IMG/VR virus record: IMGVR_UViG_3300046167_000883
Location: 49,712 to 113,711 of that record
Strand: one strand, 5' to 3'
Length of the DNA: 64,000 bases
DNA from: a virus
A model generated the notes under the pieces. That model did not search any database and had not been told where the DNA came from. It was given only the letters and a program-made list of their open reading frames with translations. Shown piece by piece: positions 1 to 10,802 of the stretch. Position numbers and translations under genes: made by a program. The first letter of the stretch is position 1, and every line of letters starts with the position of its first letter.

Positions 1-340
1 CTTCTAGTTTTATTAATTTTTTATGGTTTTCTCTTTGAGAGGGTAAAGTAATTTTAGTTAAGGAAGACTTTAAATTCTCTATAAACTTTTTCTTTTCTTG
101 TATCTCTCTTTCTTTTTTGTCGTCCCACATTCCCTCTTTAAATAATTCATCTAAAGACTCCTGCTCTGTGGGCAAGCCCCTCTGTTTTGCCTCTACTATA
201 TAGATTTTTTTATTTAATTCTATTCTTCTCGCGTCATCCTGAAAAAAATGCTTAACATAAATGGGGCCAAAGCTTGACTCCAAGACAGTGACCCCATCAA
301 ATATCTCTATGACTATATCGGCTAAATTATCTTCATTCAT
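1..340 (-). CDS. hypothetical protein, truncated by window edge (not in ORF track)
   Basis: ATG at 340 overlaps the end of the upstream ORF; open frame MNEDNLADIVIEIFDGVTVLESSFGPIYVKHF... runs to position 1. Confidence 0.75.
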   Translation of the reverse strand, partial: MNEDNLADIVIEIFDGVTVLESSFGPIYVKHFFQDDARRIELNKKIYIVEAKQRGLPTEQESLDELFKEGMWDDKKEREIQEKKKFIENLKSSLTKITLPSQRENHKKLIKLE

Positions 341-1058
341 TCTTCTCTAAGAATGCTTTAATATCTTTTTCACTTACTGTGTTGTTGTAGAACCAGTAAG
401 ATACTACGGCTAAAAATGTCTTGAGTGCTTCTTTTTCAATTTCGTCACCCCCTTCATCCTTCTCGTAAAGATCTTCTAGTTGATCTTCGTATAAAATACC
501 ATCAAAGAAGTTTTCCTCTTCTCCATCTTTTAGTTTTTTGGCTAATTGAATAGTGTACCACAAAAGCATCGATCTTTCCGCTCTTGCATCTGCGGTATGC
601 TCATAAACACCTTGCATAGCAACTTCAAGTTCTGCAAGCTCCTGGCGCAAAGATACAAGTTCTGCTTCTAACTCTTCTACTTTTTTTTCTTCTCCCTTTG
701 TGGCGGTGAGAAGTTGAATTTCATTGGATAGTTCGTTACTTCTTTGTAGCTTGCGAACCATATCCTTCATTTCGTCTTCTGTTAGTGGGCCGCCAGTATC
801 GGCATACTTCTTAATCATCATTGACTTGGTGACGATTCCACGCTTTACGTTTTTACTTAGCTCGATTGCGTATTGAGCTTCACCCTCATCAATAATTCTT
901 CGCGTAGGCTTTTTAACAAGAAACTCAATCGGAGTTTTAACCGTTTTATTTTGTAAAACAGTTTCCATTTCTCCAGTTTCTTTATTTTTTCGTTCTACTT
1001 CTACCTTTTTCTTTTCTTGTGTATTAAGAGTAAACTTATAAATATTTCCTTGTGCCAT
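333..1058 (-). CDS. hypothetical coiled-coil protein, possibly tail assembly chaperone
   Basis: 241-aa ORF with central coiled coil; lies beside tail genes; function from context only. Confidence 0.5.
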   Translation of the reverse strand: MAQGNIYKFTLNTQEKKKVEVERKNKETGEMETVLQNKTVKTPIEFLVKKPTRRIIDEGEAQYAIELSKNVKRGIVTKSMMIKKYADTGGPLTEDEMKDMVRKLQRSNELSNEIQLLTATKGEEKKVEELEAELVSLRQELAELEVAMQGVYEHTADARAERSMLLWYTIQLAKKLKDGEEENFFDGILYEDQLEDLYEKDEGGDEIEKEALKTFLAVVSYWFYNNTVSEKDIKAFLEKNE

Positions 1059-1060
1059 AA

Positions 1061-1348
1061 TTATTTAAATTTAAATTCTACAGTGAGATTCTCCACCTCA
1101 CTATGATAATCCCTTAAAACAGAATTTCCAAGATCTAATACTTTTTTTCTATAATTTATAAAATAATCCTCATCAAAGTAATCAGCCATATTGATTAAAT
1201 CATGATACTCTTCTGGTAGACTATCATAAAGTTTCGCGAAATTAACTTCGTGATTAGATTGCAAATCTTCAAGTATATTCAAAAACGATTTGAATAAAAA
1301 ACGGATATAGTAATCCGAACGATCATTTAAAAAATCCTGCGCCTTCAT
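1061..1348 (-). CDS. hypothetical protein
   Basis: 95-aa ORF, GTGTAA motif upstream, tightly packed with next gene. Confidence 0.7.
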   Translation of the reverse strand: MKAQDFLNDRSDYYIRFLFKSFLNILEDLQSNHEVNFAKLYDSLPEEYHDLINMADYFDEDYFINYRKKVLDLGNSVLRDYHSEVENLTVEFKFK

Positions 1349-1366
1349 CCTTGTGCCTGAATTTAT

Positions 1367-1385
1367 TTACACAAAATTTGTGTAA
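1367..1385. promoter_or_regulatory. back-to-back pair of putative phage late promoters (GTGTAA)
   Basis: TTACACA-AAATT-TGTGTAA palindrome between divergent genes; the same hexamer precedes many late genes. Confidence 0.6.
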
Positions 1386-1393
1386 TATAGAAT

Positions 1394-1852
1394 ATGCCAA
1401 CCTCATATATATCAGACGCCCTAAAAACACAACTCCAAGGAACTATAGATAATCTACACGAAACCTTCGCCAGAACAATCACTGTTTATGAAGAAGGAGA
1501 AAAAGTTTTAATCGCAGCGAGTTCTACATATAATGGTGTTTATGGCAAAACAAACACAGGAAACACCTCAGTTTCTAGAACAGTTGTTTCACATAGCATT
1601 AAAGCTAGAATTAAATATATAAACGCTAAAGACGAGACTTTATCCGACAGCGAAATAAACTCTCAACCAGATATTGATTTAATTAACGGATCTGTAAGAA
1701 TTACAGTTGATCCAAGTGGATTTGAAATTCTCAAAGAGGCAAAAAGGTGTGAATTTGAAGGGCGCAAATATGAAATTTCAAGCAAGGGAAGTGCAACTGG
1801 AATGCTTGGCCCACAATATTATCACTTTTTCCTAAAGCCTCTAGATGAGTAA
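1394..1852 (+). CDS. putative head-closure/stopper (neck) protein
   Basis: 152 aa, beta-rich C-terminus (AKRCEFEGRKYEISS...YYHFFLKP) like gp16-type stoppers; first gene of the neck-tube run. Confidence 0.5.
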   Translation: MPTSYISDALKTQLQGTIDNLHETFARTITVYEEGEKVLIAASSTYNGVYGKTNTGNTSVSRTVVSHSIKARIKYINAKDETLSDSEINSQPDIDLINGSVRITVDPSGFEILKEAKRCEFEGRKYEISSKGSATGMLGPQYYHFFLKPLDE

Positions 1853-2438
1853 TTACGAATACTACACAGAAATTCGAACAATTTTAGAAAATCAAATACC
1901 TGGACTTGCAAGAAATCAGGTACAAAAACTTTTTCGTACAGCTTTTCAGAAAAAGAAAAACCAAATGATTTCTGAGTTTTTAAACCACCCCGTGACAAAA
2001 GAGATTGAGATGGGAATAAACGCAAAAAATATTAGCGGCACACTTGGCGGCGGCAGTGGCAATCTTTTTTCTTTTATTGGTTTTGAAGAAGGATACGATC
2101 CAATTGGCCCAATTGAAGAGGTTTTACTTAGAACCGACTTTAAACTTACAAAAGTAACAAAAAGAGAAATTGAATTTTCTGTAATCCTCCCAGAGCCAAG
2201 AGATGTTTTTTCCGTCACCCCCATGCCTTGGGCAAGTGGCAGAAGCTGGGCAAAGGGCATCGAAACAGGAATATCTGGACTTGGATACTATTTATTAAAA
2301 TCAACTAAAAACAGTAGATCTGGTTTGGGTATCCAATCCCCTCGCAAAGTTAGAAAAAAGTCAAGATTTAAGAATACTCAATACATCACAGCTTTCATAA
2401 GGAAGTACGAAAAAGAATTTTCCAACTTAGAACTATAA
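1845..2438 (+). CDS. putative neck/tail-completion protein
   Basis: 197-aa basic protein between stopper-like and tube genes. Confidence 0.45.
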   Translation: MSNYEYYTEIRTILENQIPGLARNQVQKLFRTAFQKKKNQMISEFLNHPVTKEIEMGINAKNISGTLGGGSGNLFSFIGFEEGYDPIGPIEEVLLRTDFKLTKVTKREIEFSVILPEPRDVFSVTPMPWASGRSWAKGIETGISGLGYYLLKSTKNSRSGLGIQSPRKVRKKSRFKNTQYITAFIRKYEKEFSNLEL

Positions 2439-2454
2439 GTGTAAATATATTTTA

Positions 2455-3306
2455 ATGAAGCCGCAATACCAGCATAAAGTAATTACAAGTTTCCTTTTGT
2501 GGTTTGATAACCATCTTCTAAAAAAAGGAGAGGCTTATTCAAATAAAACTGGCACACTACACTACCTTGACGACTCAAGATTACCAGATTCTTACAAAAC
2601 TTATTCAAGCCCCTACAAGCAGTGGGTTACAGATAGCTCTATAGTTGGTTCTGAAAATCCGATTATCCCCACACAATTCATGGGTAGCGGAAGAAATGAT
2701 GGTATCATTTTTGATTTTGAAAATGGTAGAATTATTGAAACGGGCGGCAGTTTTGACACGCAAGAAACAATTACTGGGACTTTTGCGGTAAAAGATTTCA
2801 ATATCTATCTCACAAACGAAACAGAAGAAGATTTAATTTTAGAAAACAAATTTGTACAAAACAGTAGATATGGCGATTCTGAAAACGGAATTAAACCATA
2901 CGATCAAGTTGTGCCAGCTATTTTTATTAATAGCGAAACTATTCAAAATGTCCCATTTGCTTTTGGCGGAGAAGATGAAACAAGAATGACGATTAAAGCT
3001 GTTGTTTTGGCAGAAGATTCTTACAGCTTAGATGGTGTGCTTTCCATCTTTGCCGACTCAAGACACGAAAATGTTAATATAATTCCATTCAGCGGTCACC
3101 CCGCCACAGAATACGGAGACATCAAAAACGGCTCCTATAACTATACAGACCTCATCAATACCCACAAGGGTTCGGAAGTTCCTTTATATATTGAAGATGT
3201 GGTCGTATCAAAACTTTCAGATAAAGCACAAAAACAATCCATAGGGGATTTAAAGGTTGGTTTCATTGATTTTGATGTATATCAGCATAGGTTCCCTAGA
3301 TTATAA
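2455..3306 (+). CDS. putative tail terminator/completion protein
   Basis: 283 aa directly upstream of tail tube; PAIFIN...PFAFGG...I..VV.A.D pattern. Confidence 0.45.
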   Translation: MKPQYQHKVITSFLLWFDNHLLKKGEAYSNKTGTLHYLDDSRLPDSYKTYSSPYKQWVTDSSIVGSENPIIPTQFMGSGRNDGIIFDFENGRIIETGGSFDTQETITGTFAVKDFNIYLTNETEEDLILENKFVQNSRYGDSENGIKPYDQVVPAIFINSETIQNVPFAFGGEDETRMTIKAVVLAEDSYSLDGVLSIFADSRHENVNIIPFSGHPATEYGDIKNGSYNYTDLINTHKGSEVPLYIEDVVVSKLSDKAQKQSIGDLKVGFIDFDVYQHRFPRL

Positions 3307-3349
3307 ATTTCACATTTAACTTAAAAAACTGTAAACAATATAAAATATC

Positions 3350-4456
3350 ATGGCTAGAAATCGAGTAATTTATCAATCCGAAGCTTTGTACGTCAGTGAA
3401 GATGCTTCTTCAACTGCGAAAACAAAGCACGAGCAACTCCAAAGAGTTCAATCCGCGAACTATTCCTTTAATATTTCGCGTCAAGACATCAATCAGTATG
3501 GTCAACTTGGTCGCATTGATTCTGTTGTTTTAGAAGCACCAACGGTATCTTTTGATACGAGCTACTATCTTGGCGATGGTTTCAATGAGGAAGCTCTTGG
3601 GTTTGGCGAAGATAGTGCCTTTGGGGTTGGTTTTGCCTCTGGTCACATGACAGCAACATCTGGCAAAAATCTTTACATTTTGACATCTCCAGAAGGTGTT
3701 GATACAATCCAAAATGATTCAGGTAGTTCTGTAATTGGAATTGGCAACGCTTATTTAACCGATTATACACTTGACGCTTCTGTTGGATCTATCCCAACGG
3801 TTTCTGTATCCTTTGAGGGCGCTAACATCGCAGCAGATAATGCTATTAGTGGTAGCGCTGCTGGTTATAGTGGATTTAGCACCTGCGCAATTAAAACAGA
3901 TGACGGAACTAAATTAACTAATGCAGTTACATTGCCAGCAGCTACAACTGGTGTAGGTTCAGTTACAGCGCTTCGTCCTGGCGACATTTCAATTGATTTT
4001 GGAGACGCTTCTTCACAGGCTGAAGACGGCCCGATTGTTAACATTGATTCAGATGAAGACGGCGCCCACATTCAAAGCGCGTCTCTCTCAATTGGGATGT
4101 CTCGTTCACCACTTGAAAGACTTGGAACTAAGTTCCCGTTTGCAAGAACTGTTGATTTCCCAGTAACCGCCTCCCTTAGTGTTTCTGCTATCGTCAATGA
4201 AGTTACGGCTGCAAACCTTGCCGATATTATTAGCGGTCAAGATGCAACTACTATTCAAGTGACCTTTAAAGACACTAACGGAACTGCTGCCGCTTCCTAC
4301 AAGCTCGTTGGCGCAAAACTTGATTCAGAATCCTTTAGTTCTGCAATTGGTTCCAACAAAACTGCTGATCTAACATTCTCAGTTCAAATTGGTGGTCCAA
4401 ACGATACAACTAATAATATTCTGTTCTCTGGAGCAAACTCAACTACTCCATTTTAA
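3350..4456 (+). CDS. major tail tube protein
   Basis: 368 aa, S/G/A/T-rich and acidic; internally duplicated tube-type motifs (RVQSANYSFNISRQDINQYG / HIQSASLSIGMSRSPLERLG); followed by a strong terminator. Confidence 0.75.
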   Translation: MARNRVIYQSEALYVSEDASSTAKTKHEQLQRVQSANYSFNISRQDINQYGQLGRIDSVVLEAPTVSFDTSYYLGDGFNEEALGFGEDSAFGVGFASGHMTATSGKNLYILTSPEGVDTIQNDSGSSVIGIGNAYLTDYTLDASVGSIPTVSVSFEGANIAADNAISGSAAGYSGFSTCAIKTDDGTKLTNAVTLPAATTGVGSVTALRPGDISIDFGDASSQAEDGPIVNIDSDEDGAHIQSASLSIGMSRSPLERLGTKFPFARTVDFPVTASLSVSAIVNEVTAANLADIISGQDATTIQVTFKDTNGTAAASYKLVGAKLDSESFSSAIGSNKTADLTFSVQIGGPNDTTNNILFSGANSTTPF

Positions 4457-4481
4457 TAATATATACTAAATAAACTTACTA

Positions 4482-4507
4482 GCCGCCCTTCGGGGCGGTT
4501 TTTTTTT
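4482..4507 (+). terminator. rho-independent terminator
   Basis: GCCGCCC-TTCG-GGGCGGT followed by T8. Confidence 0.9.
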
Positions 4508-4522
4508 GTGTAAATAAACTAT

Positions 4523-7500
4523 ATGGCAAGAAATAGGACAATCTACCAATCAGAGGCTATTTATGTTAGCGATAATATTAATTCAATTACTAAATCAGAA
4601 CATAAAAACATAAGTAGGGTACAATCTGCAAATTATGGATTTTCTATTAATAGAGAAAGGGTTAACCAATACGGCCAACTTGGTGAAATAGATTCTATTG
4701 TAGTTGAGGCGCCAAATGTTGACTTTGAAATGTCCTATTATCTCACCAATGGGGATAATGAATACTTTTTAAATTTGGATACTGGTTATGGCGGCTTTTT
4801 AAAAAATCAAATAATAAGTTCTGGCCAAAATATCTACATCGCTAACACAAAAGAAGGTTCTGATATAAACGACACAAGCGCCAATGACTTTAATGTCATT
4901 AGTATCGGCAATGCGTTTGTAACAGATTATACAGTAGATTTTGGCGTCGGCTCCCTGCCCAAAGTAAATGTCGGATTCTCTGCTTTAAATATTTCCTCTC
5001 AAACAAATCTAACAAAAACATCTGGTCATTTTGTTGGTATTGAAAACGCGGGTGTTAATCCACTGAACGGAGTTAAAAGCACACAACAAATAGAAGTTCT
5101 AGCTGAAATTAATCAATCTGGACAAAGCGCAATTCGTCCATCCGATACATCCATAACAATCACCCCAACAAAAACGCTTGGGGATAACGATTCAATATCA
5201 ATCCTCTCAACACTTGATAGTGGCGCACATATTCAGACAGCTTCGCTTAATGTAAATCTAGATAGAACAAGTTTGCAAAGATTGGGTAGTAATCTCGCTT
5301 ATGCTAAAGTTGTAGAACCTCCTACAAATGCCACCGTTTCAATTAGCGCTATAGTTAACGAAGTTAAATCTTCATCTCTTTCTGATATTTTAGATCACTC
5401 AAACGAATATACAATCGAGATAGAATCAGTAGATCCAGACGGATATCAGTTATGTAAGTATTCTTTAGTTGGTGCAAAATTAGACTCAGAATCTTTTGGC
5501 TCTGCCATTGGATCAAATAAAGTTGTTGATTTGACTTTTACAACTCAGTTGGGCGGAATTGGTCAAACTAACTATAATATGTTTTTTGAGAAATATGGGT
5601 TCTTGGATTTCTTCCCTTCAGCAGCCGCCGCATATTCTCTTAGAAATTTAACCGCAGACTTTGATCAAAAAATTGTTAGAGTTCGTAGAGAATCTGACAA
5701 CTCTGAAAGAGATTTTACCGAATACGATATTAAAAACGGCACAATGGTTGATTGGGTTAATAAGCAAGTTATTCGCCCATTAGATATTCGAAAATTGGAT
5801 GACGCAAATGGCAACCGTCCAGATACAAACGATTTTATTGATACTCCCGCCGCCGCTTATTCTCTTCGTAGTTTAGGGGAGAACCAAGCAAATATAACAA
5901 TTGACGATTCTAGCGATGAGAGAGACGGGGAAACTGGAAAGTTCGTAGTACAGACGCGCCGCAACGTGGACGGAGCCACCAAGAGCTTTACCGCTGACGA
6001 GGTTACTGACGGTACGCTGGAGAATTTTGTAAGTACTGGTGAGGTTGTTTATTCCAGCGACTTCAGCGTGAACGCAAACAACGTAATCCACAATGTTGGT
6101 GCAACCAAATTAAGTGTAACTGGAAACAATGATGGAATAAGTGACGGCTCCGTCACTAAGGACAATGTACTGAAGGTTGAAAACATTGGTGATGTTCCTG
6201 CTGCCCCGCAGCTTAGAATTAACACCGATGAGTACGAGGACTCAACAAAGGGTTCGGTTACCTTTACTTATTACGTACCAACTGGTCATCCTATTGTTGG
6301 CAACTACTGGCACATAGGTGCTTCCTTGGCTGTTGATGGAACTGAGACATCTTACTCTCCTGCTGGTGTTCAGATTGTAGGAGGTGTTTGGACTACAGCT
6401 ACAGTTGCTTACGAGAACAAGCCAAGTACAAAACGATTTTTAACAATCATTGACGAGGAAGTAGCTGACGGTACTGCACCTGCATTTATTCCAGAGGGTG
6501 ATGTTGGTGACTTCTATTACATCAGTGAAATCAAAGTGTACCGCAACGAGGAGCTAGGGCTTCCTCTTGACCAAGCTACAGGAGCAGCAGCGGCTTACTC
6601 CCTGCGTAACCTTAGCTCAAGCTACACTGGTGATGTTGTAGAGGTACGCCGTAACGTGGACGGGGAGACTGAGGGCTTTACCGCTGCCGAGGTTACTGAC
6701 GGTACGATGGAGAAGTGGGTCGAAGGTTGGGAACTTTATACACCCAGTACCAAGACGCTTATAAATGAGCCATACTGGGATTTGATTCCTACTGATAATC
6801 AAAACTTTCAGATAATAAGTAACAATGCTGACTCCGAAAGTGCAAGCTGGCGGCAAGTTAGCTTGGTTAATTCGCAAGACCTTAGAGTTGGAAAAACCCT
6901 AGTTACATTCGATGTAACGGTTAATAGTGGTACACTTAGTACTGGCAACACGGACACTTCACTTTCTTTATACGGAAGGGATGGTTCTTTAGATGGCAAT
7001 ATTTCTGATATTAAGCAGCTTAGTGAAGGGTTTAATTCGCATATACTGGAAACCGTTGACAACGCATTTGGTCACGTTCCAGATATTTTCTTTTCCAGCG
7101 GACCAAATAGTAAGTTTGACGTAACAATCTCCAACCTCAAGGTCTACAAAAGCGTCGTCAACGAGCTTCCTCTTGACCAAACAAACTCTTATTCCTCCGT
7201 AACCTTTACTGGGACTTGGGCTGAAGCCAAGGCTCACGCTGAGGCTAACGGGGGGAGACTTGCTGTTTTAGATACGCAACAAAAAATTGATGCAGCCAAT
7301 AAATATTTACTGTCCTTGGGAAGCTGGGGGACTCATTGGATTGGGTTAAGCGACATTGATACCGAGGGTTCATTTACTTGGATAACTGGCAAGGGACTTA
7401 CCGCGAACCAATGGAAAGACGGCGAACCTAATAATGCTGGAGATGAGGATGTTGTTGAAATTGTAAACGGTGACACTTCAACTGGTGTGCGCGGTTGGAA

Positions 7501-10500
7501 TGACAGTAAAGTAACAACTATAAGAAACTTTTATTTGTTTGAAACGCAGGAATCCAAAGCAGCTTACTCCCTGCGTAACCTTAGCTCAAGCTTCACTGGC
7601 AATGTGGTTGAGGTACGCCGTTCAAGCGATGATGCATACACGGAGCTTTACGGCATCCGAGGTTGCTGATGGTACGCTGGACGGATTGGGTGAATGCGGA
7701 GATTGTTCACTATGAATCCGATTTCAGTGAAAATACTAATGGGTGGAATGTAACTGATGGGTCACTGTCGGTGTCAGATGGGGCTATGGTTCTTGCGCCT
7801 AATACGAGTTCAACTACTCATTTTGCGAACAGATCCTCTAGTCTTCCCGTAGGTAAAAAACTTAGGGTCACCTTTGATGTAAAGATTCCAAGCGGTCAAT
7901 CTATTGTTACTGGATTTAGAGCCACTGAAGTTAGCGGCGCTTTAATCAAATATGTTACCAGTCAAACTCAGGGTGAGTTTGTTAGCTACTCAGAAGAAAT
8001 AACTCCAACCAACACTGGGTTAATAAGATTTTTTGCCGCCACAAACACGGGCGGAGGCGTAACATTCAGCGGTAATGACTCAGAAAAGCTAATCATTAAA
8101 AACATTGTCGTAACAGTCATTGATGATGACGGACACGTCAGTACTTGGTACGACCAATCAGGCAGCGACAATCACGCAGTGCAGACGGATACTGCAAAGC
8201 AGCCTAAGATTGTTGAGGGTGGTACGCTACTAAAGGATTCCAATAATAATCCAGAGGTTGTGTTTACTAGAGGTGATGCTCAATTCCTGACAGCTTCATC
8301 ACCCATAGCATTTAATGACGTATTCTTTAAGTTTAGACGTACCGATGCGACTAACGCGACCAACGGTATACTTACTGAAGCATCCAGTGGAGTATACCCC
8401 TACACTTATATCCATCACTCCAGTCAAACATTTTCGTTTGATGGGAATGCAAGTGACACGGTAAACTTATCCTTTAATGGTCAGTACGAGGAAAACCAAA
8501 GTACTGACAAGGGTGGGCTTGTTACTATTGATGACCACTTAGTTTATCTAAACTACACAAGCAATCCAGATGCCATCAGCGATATTGGTAAGTTGTATAA
8601 TGGCTCCCCTATTTATGGTAGCTTTGGCGCAGGTGAGTTTATTTTCTACGACTCCGACCAGTCAACAAAGCGCAGAGCTATTGAGGAGAACATCGCTAAT
8701 CACTACGACATTTCCCTAGCAGCCTTCTCGCGGGATGGTACAGTCAAAACTTGGTACGACCAGAGTGAAACCAATGGTGTACCTAATGCCAATCACGCAG
8801 TGCAGACTGACCCTACGAAGCAGCCTAAGATTGTTGTGAATGGGAATCTGTTGGAGGATGGTGTCACATTTGACGAAGCCAATGAAACAGAACTCAAAGT
8901 TACTGGTGACCCAGTTATTACTGCGGACTATACTGGTACTTATAGTGCATTCAGTATTCAAAAGATTAGCAATAGTGAGTCTGGTTATTTGTACGGGAAT
9001 GCATCTCCATCGGATGGCTCTTCAATTTATAATAATGGTTCTAATTACGCGGCGACCAACAAAAACAATGCGGCACTTGATGAAATAAGTAAAACCAGTT
9101 CCAAAAATTTACTGTCAGCTGTGTATAATAATGGTGACGCTGGGCTATTAGTAAACGGTGATGGGACAATGGTCGACCAGGGTACTTATGACTTTAATGC
9201 TGGGACATCTGATTTTATTATCGGAAATAGAAACGGAGGGTCAGAGGCATCTCACTATTTAGATGGAACCATTGCTGAAATCATCATCTACAACTCCGAC
9301 CAGTCAACAAAGCGCAGAGCGATTGAGGAAAACATCGCTAATCACTACAACATTTCTCTAGCAGCCTTCTCGCGGGATGGTACAGTCAGTACTTGGTACG
9401 ACCAATCAGGCAGCGACAATCACGCAACTCAGACTGACCCTACGAAGCAGCCTAAGATTGTTGATGGTGGTAGTCTATTAAAGTTAAATGGTAAACCATC
9501 TATTGATTTCTCTACAGTTGATGGCTACCTTGAACTTAGCCAAGAAGTGGATACTAGCAATAAACCCTGTTCAATTATTGCGGCTACTGAACCAACAAAT
9601 AAAGCTTTAATTGGTCAAACTTCAAATCGTCGTCTAGTTTTCAACTCTTCTGATGCTAGATTTGGATTAAGCGTTTCAGCGATAACTGAGGACTACCCTT
9701 CGGTAAGCGGAGGTGCTGTGTTTACGGCTATTCACAACGGAACAACAACTGCTCCTAATGTTGTAATTTACGCAAACGGAAGTGCCTCAACAACAAATGA
9801 TTCAAATCAAGGTTCACCTATGACCGTTGGTGTAATTGATTTCATAGGGGTTAACCTTGGTTCTGCTGTTATTTCTTATTTTGATAAAAAATTACCAGAA
9901 GTAATCATCTACAACTCCGACCAAACAGCCAACCGTACAGCTATTGAGGCTAACATAGGTGAGACCTACGGCATTACTGCAATCCCTGCTGCTAACGATA
10001 CAGTCAACGGCTTCGTGCAGACGTGGTACGACCAGAGCGGTAGTGGCAATGACGCGGAGCAGACGACTGCCTCGAAGCAGCCTAAGATTGTTGTGAATGG
10101 CACTTATCTAGGAGAGATAAAGTTTGAGAATGGATTGTACGTACAAAAGACAGGTCTTAGTCTAAGTGGACCATTTTCTACATTTTCTTTATCCAACGCT
10201 AACTCTCAACATAATGGAGCGTTATTAAATTTTGGTACTAGTTTTTCACAGCAATACCGAAGTAACCTAAGCCTCCTATTGCAATATGGTGACACGAACT
10301 TCTCAAGTGCAGGCGCGTATACCGTAGGGGAGCAAAACGTAATGAGCTTCATCTTCGACACAACTGGCTTAGGATACTACAATGGTACAGAAGTAATTAA
10401 TGATGCGACTACTGGTGCTACCGCAACTCAATTTAGAGTCGGAAATAGTCCGTTTGGTCTAGATGGGGATGTTAAGGAAATCATCATATACAATTCAAAC

Positions 10501-10566
10501 CAATCAGCCAATCGTCCTGCTATTGAAGCTAACATCGCCAACCAGTACGGCATTACCCTATCTTAA
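4523..10566 (+). CDS. tail-tube paralog fused to ~1,650 aa of nested GH54/LamG-like domains, CBM-like inserts and a C-type lectin (one gene split by two +1 insertions near 7637 and 7680)
   Basis: First ~355 aa align with 3350..4456 (MARNR.IYQSEA.YVS ... LVGAKLDSESF.SAIGSNK..DLTF). Removing the two extra bases restores DDATRSFTASEVADGTLTDWVN, matching the sister repeat DGETEGFTAAEVTDGTMEKWVE, and joins ORFs 4523..7669 and 7663..10566. Confidence 0.8.
7180..7552 (+). other. C-type lectin domain within the decorated tube protein
   Basis: TWAEAKAHAEANGGRLA...WIGLSDIDTEGSFTW...WKDGEPNNAGDEDVV...WND: canonical WIGL, EPN and WND motifs. Confidence 0.9.
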
Positions 10567-10568
10567 TT

Positions 10569-10802
10569 ATGTACCTAATCTACGAAACCGAACAAGGAGC
10601 TATTGACCGCGCTGACGAGGAGGGCAAGTACCTGAACTTCTCTTACTGGACTGAAGGCAAAGGCACACGCTGGCTGACCGCTCCAGTGCCTACGGCTAAC
10701 GGCAAGTGGGCATTAGACGTATCTTCCTATAATCTATCTGAACTAGAATTCTTTTCTACAGAAGATGCATTTACTCCCCTTGAAGAGAGCGAAGGAGATT
10801 AA
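10569..10802 (+). CDS. small acidic protein following the adhesin-like gene (possible chaperone/partner)
   Basis: 77-aa ORF starting 2 nt after the stop of the large gene. Confidence 0.6.
   Translation: MYLIYETEQGAIDRADEEGKYLNFSYWTEGKGTRWLTAPVPTANGKWALDVSSYNLSELEFFSTEDAFTPLEESEGD

Noticed and set aside
7180-7552. C-type lectin as a diversity-generating retroelement target
   Set aside because: No reverse transcriptase and no template repeat differing at adenines in the window; the domain is a canonical EPN-type CTLD
5600-10566. Calling the nested domains active arabinofuranosidases
   Set aside because: Similarity to GH54 is limited to fold-level motifs seen by eye; catalytic residues could not be identified
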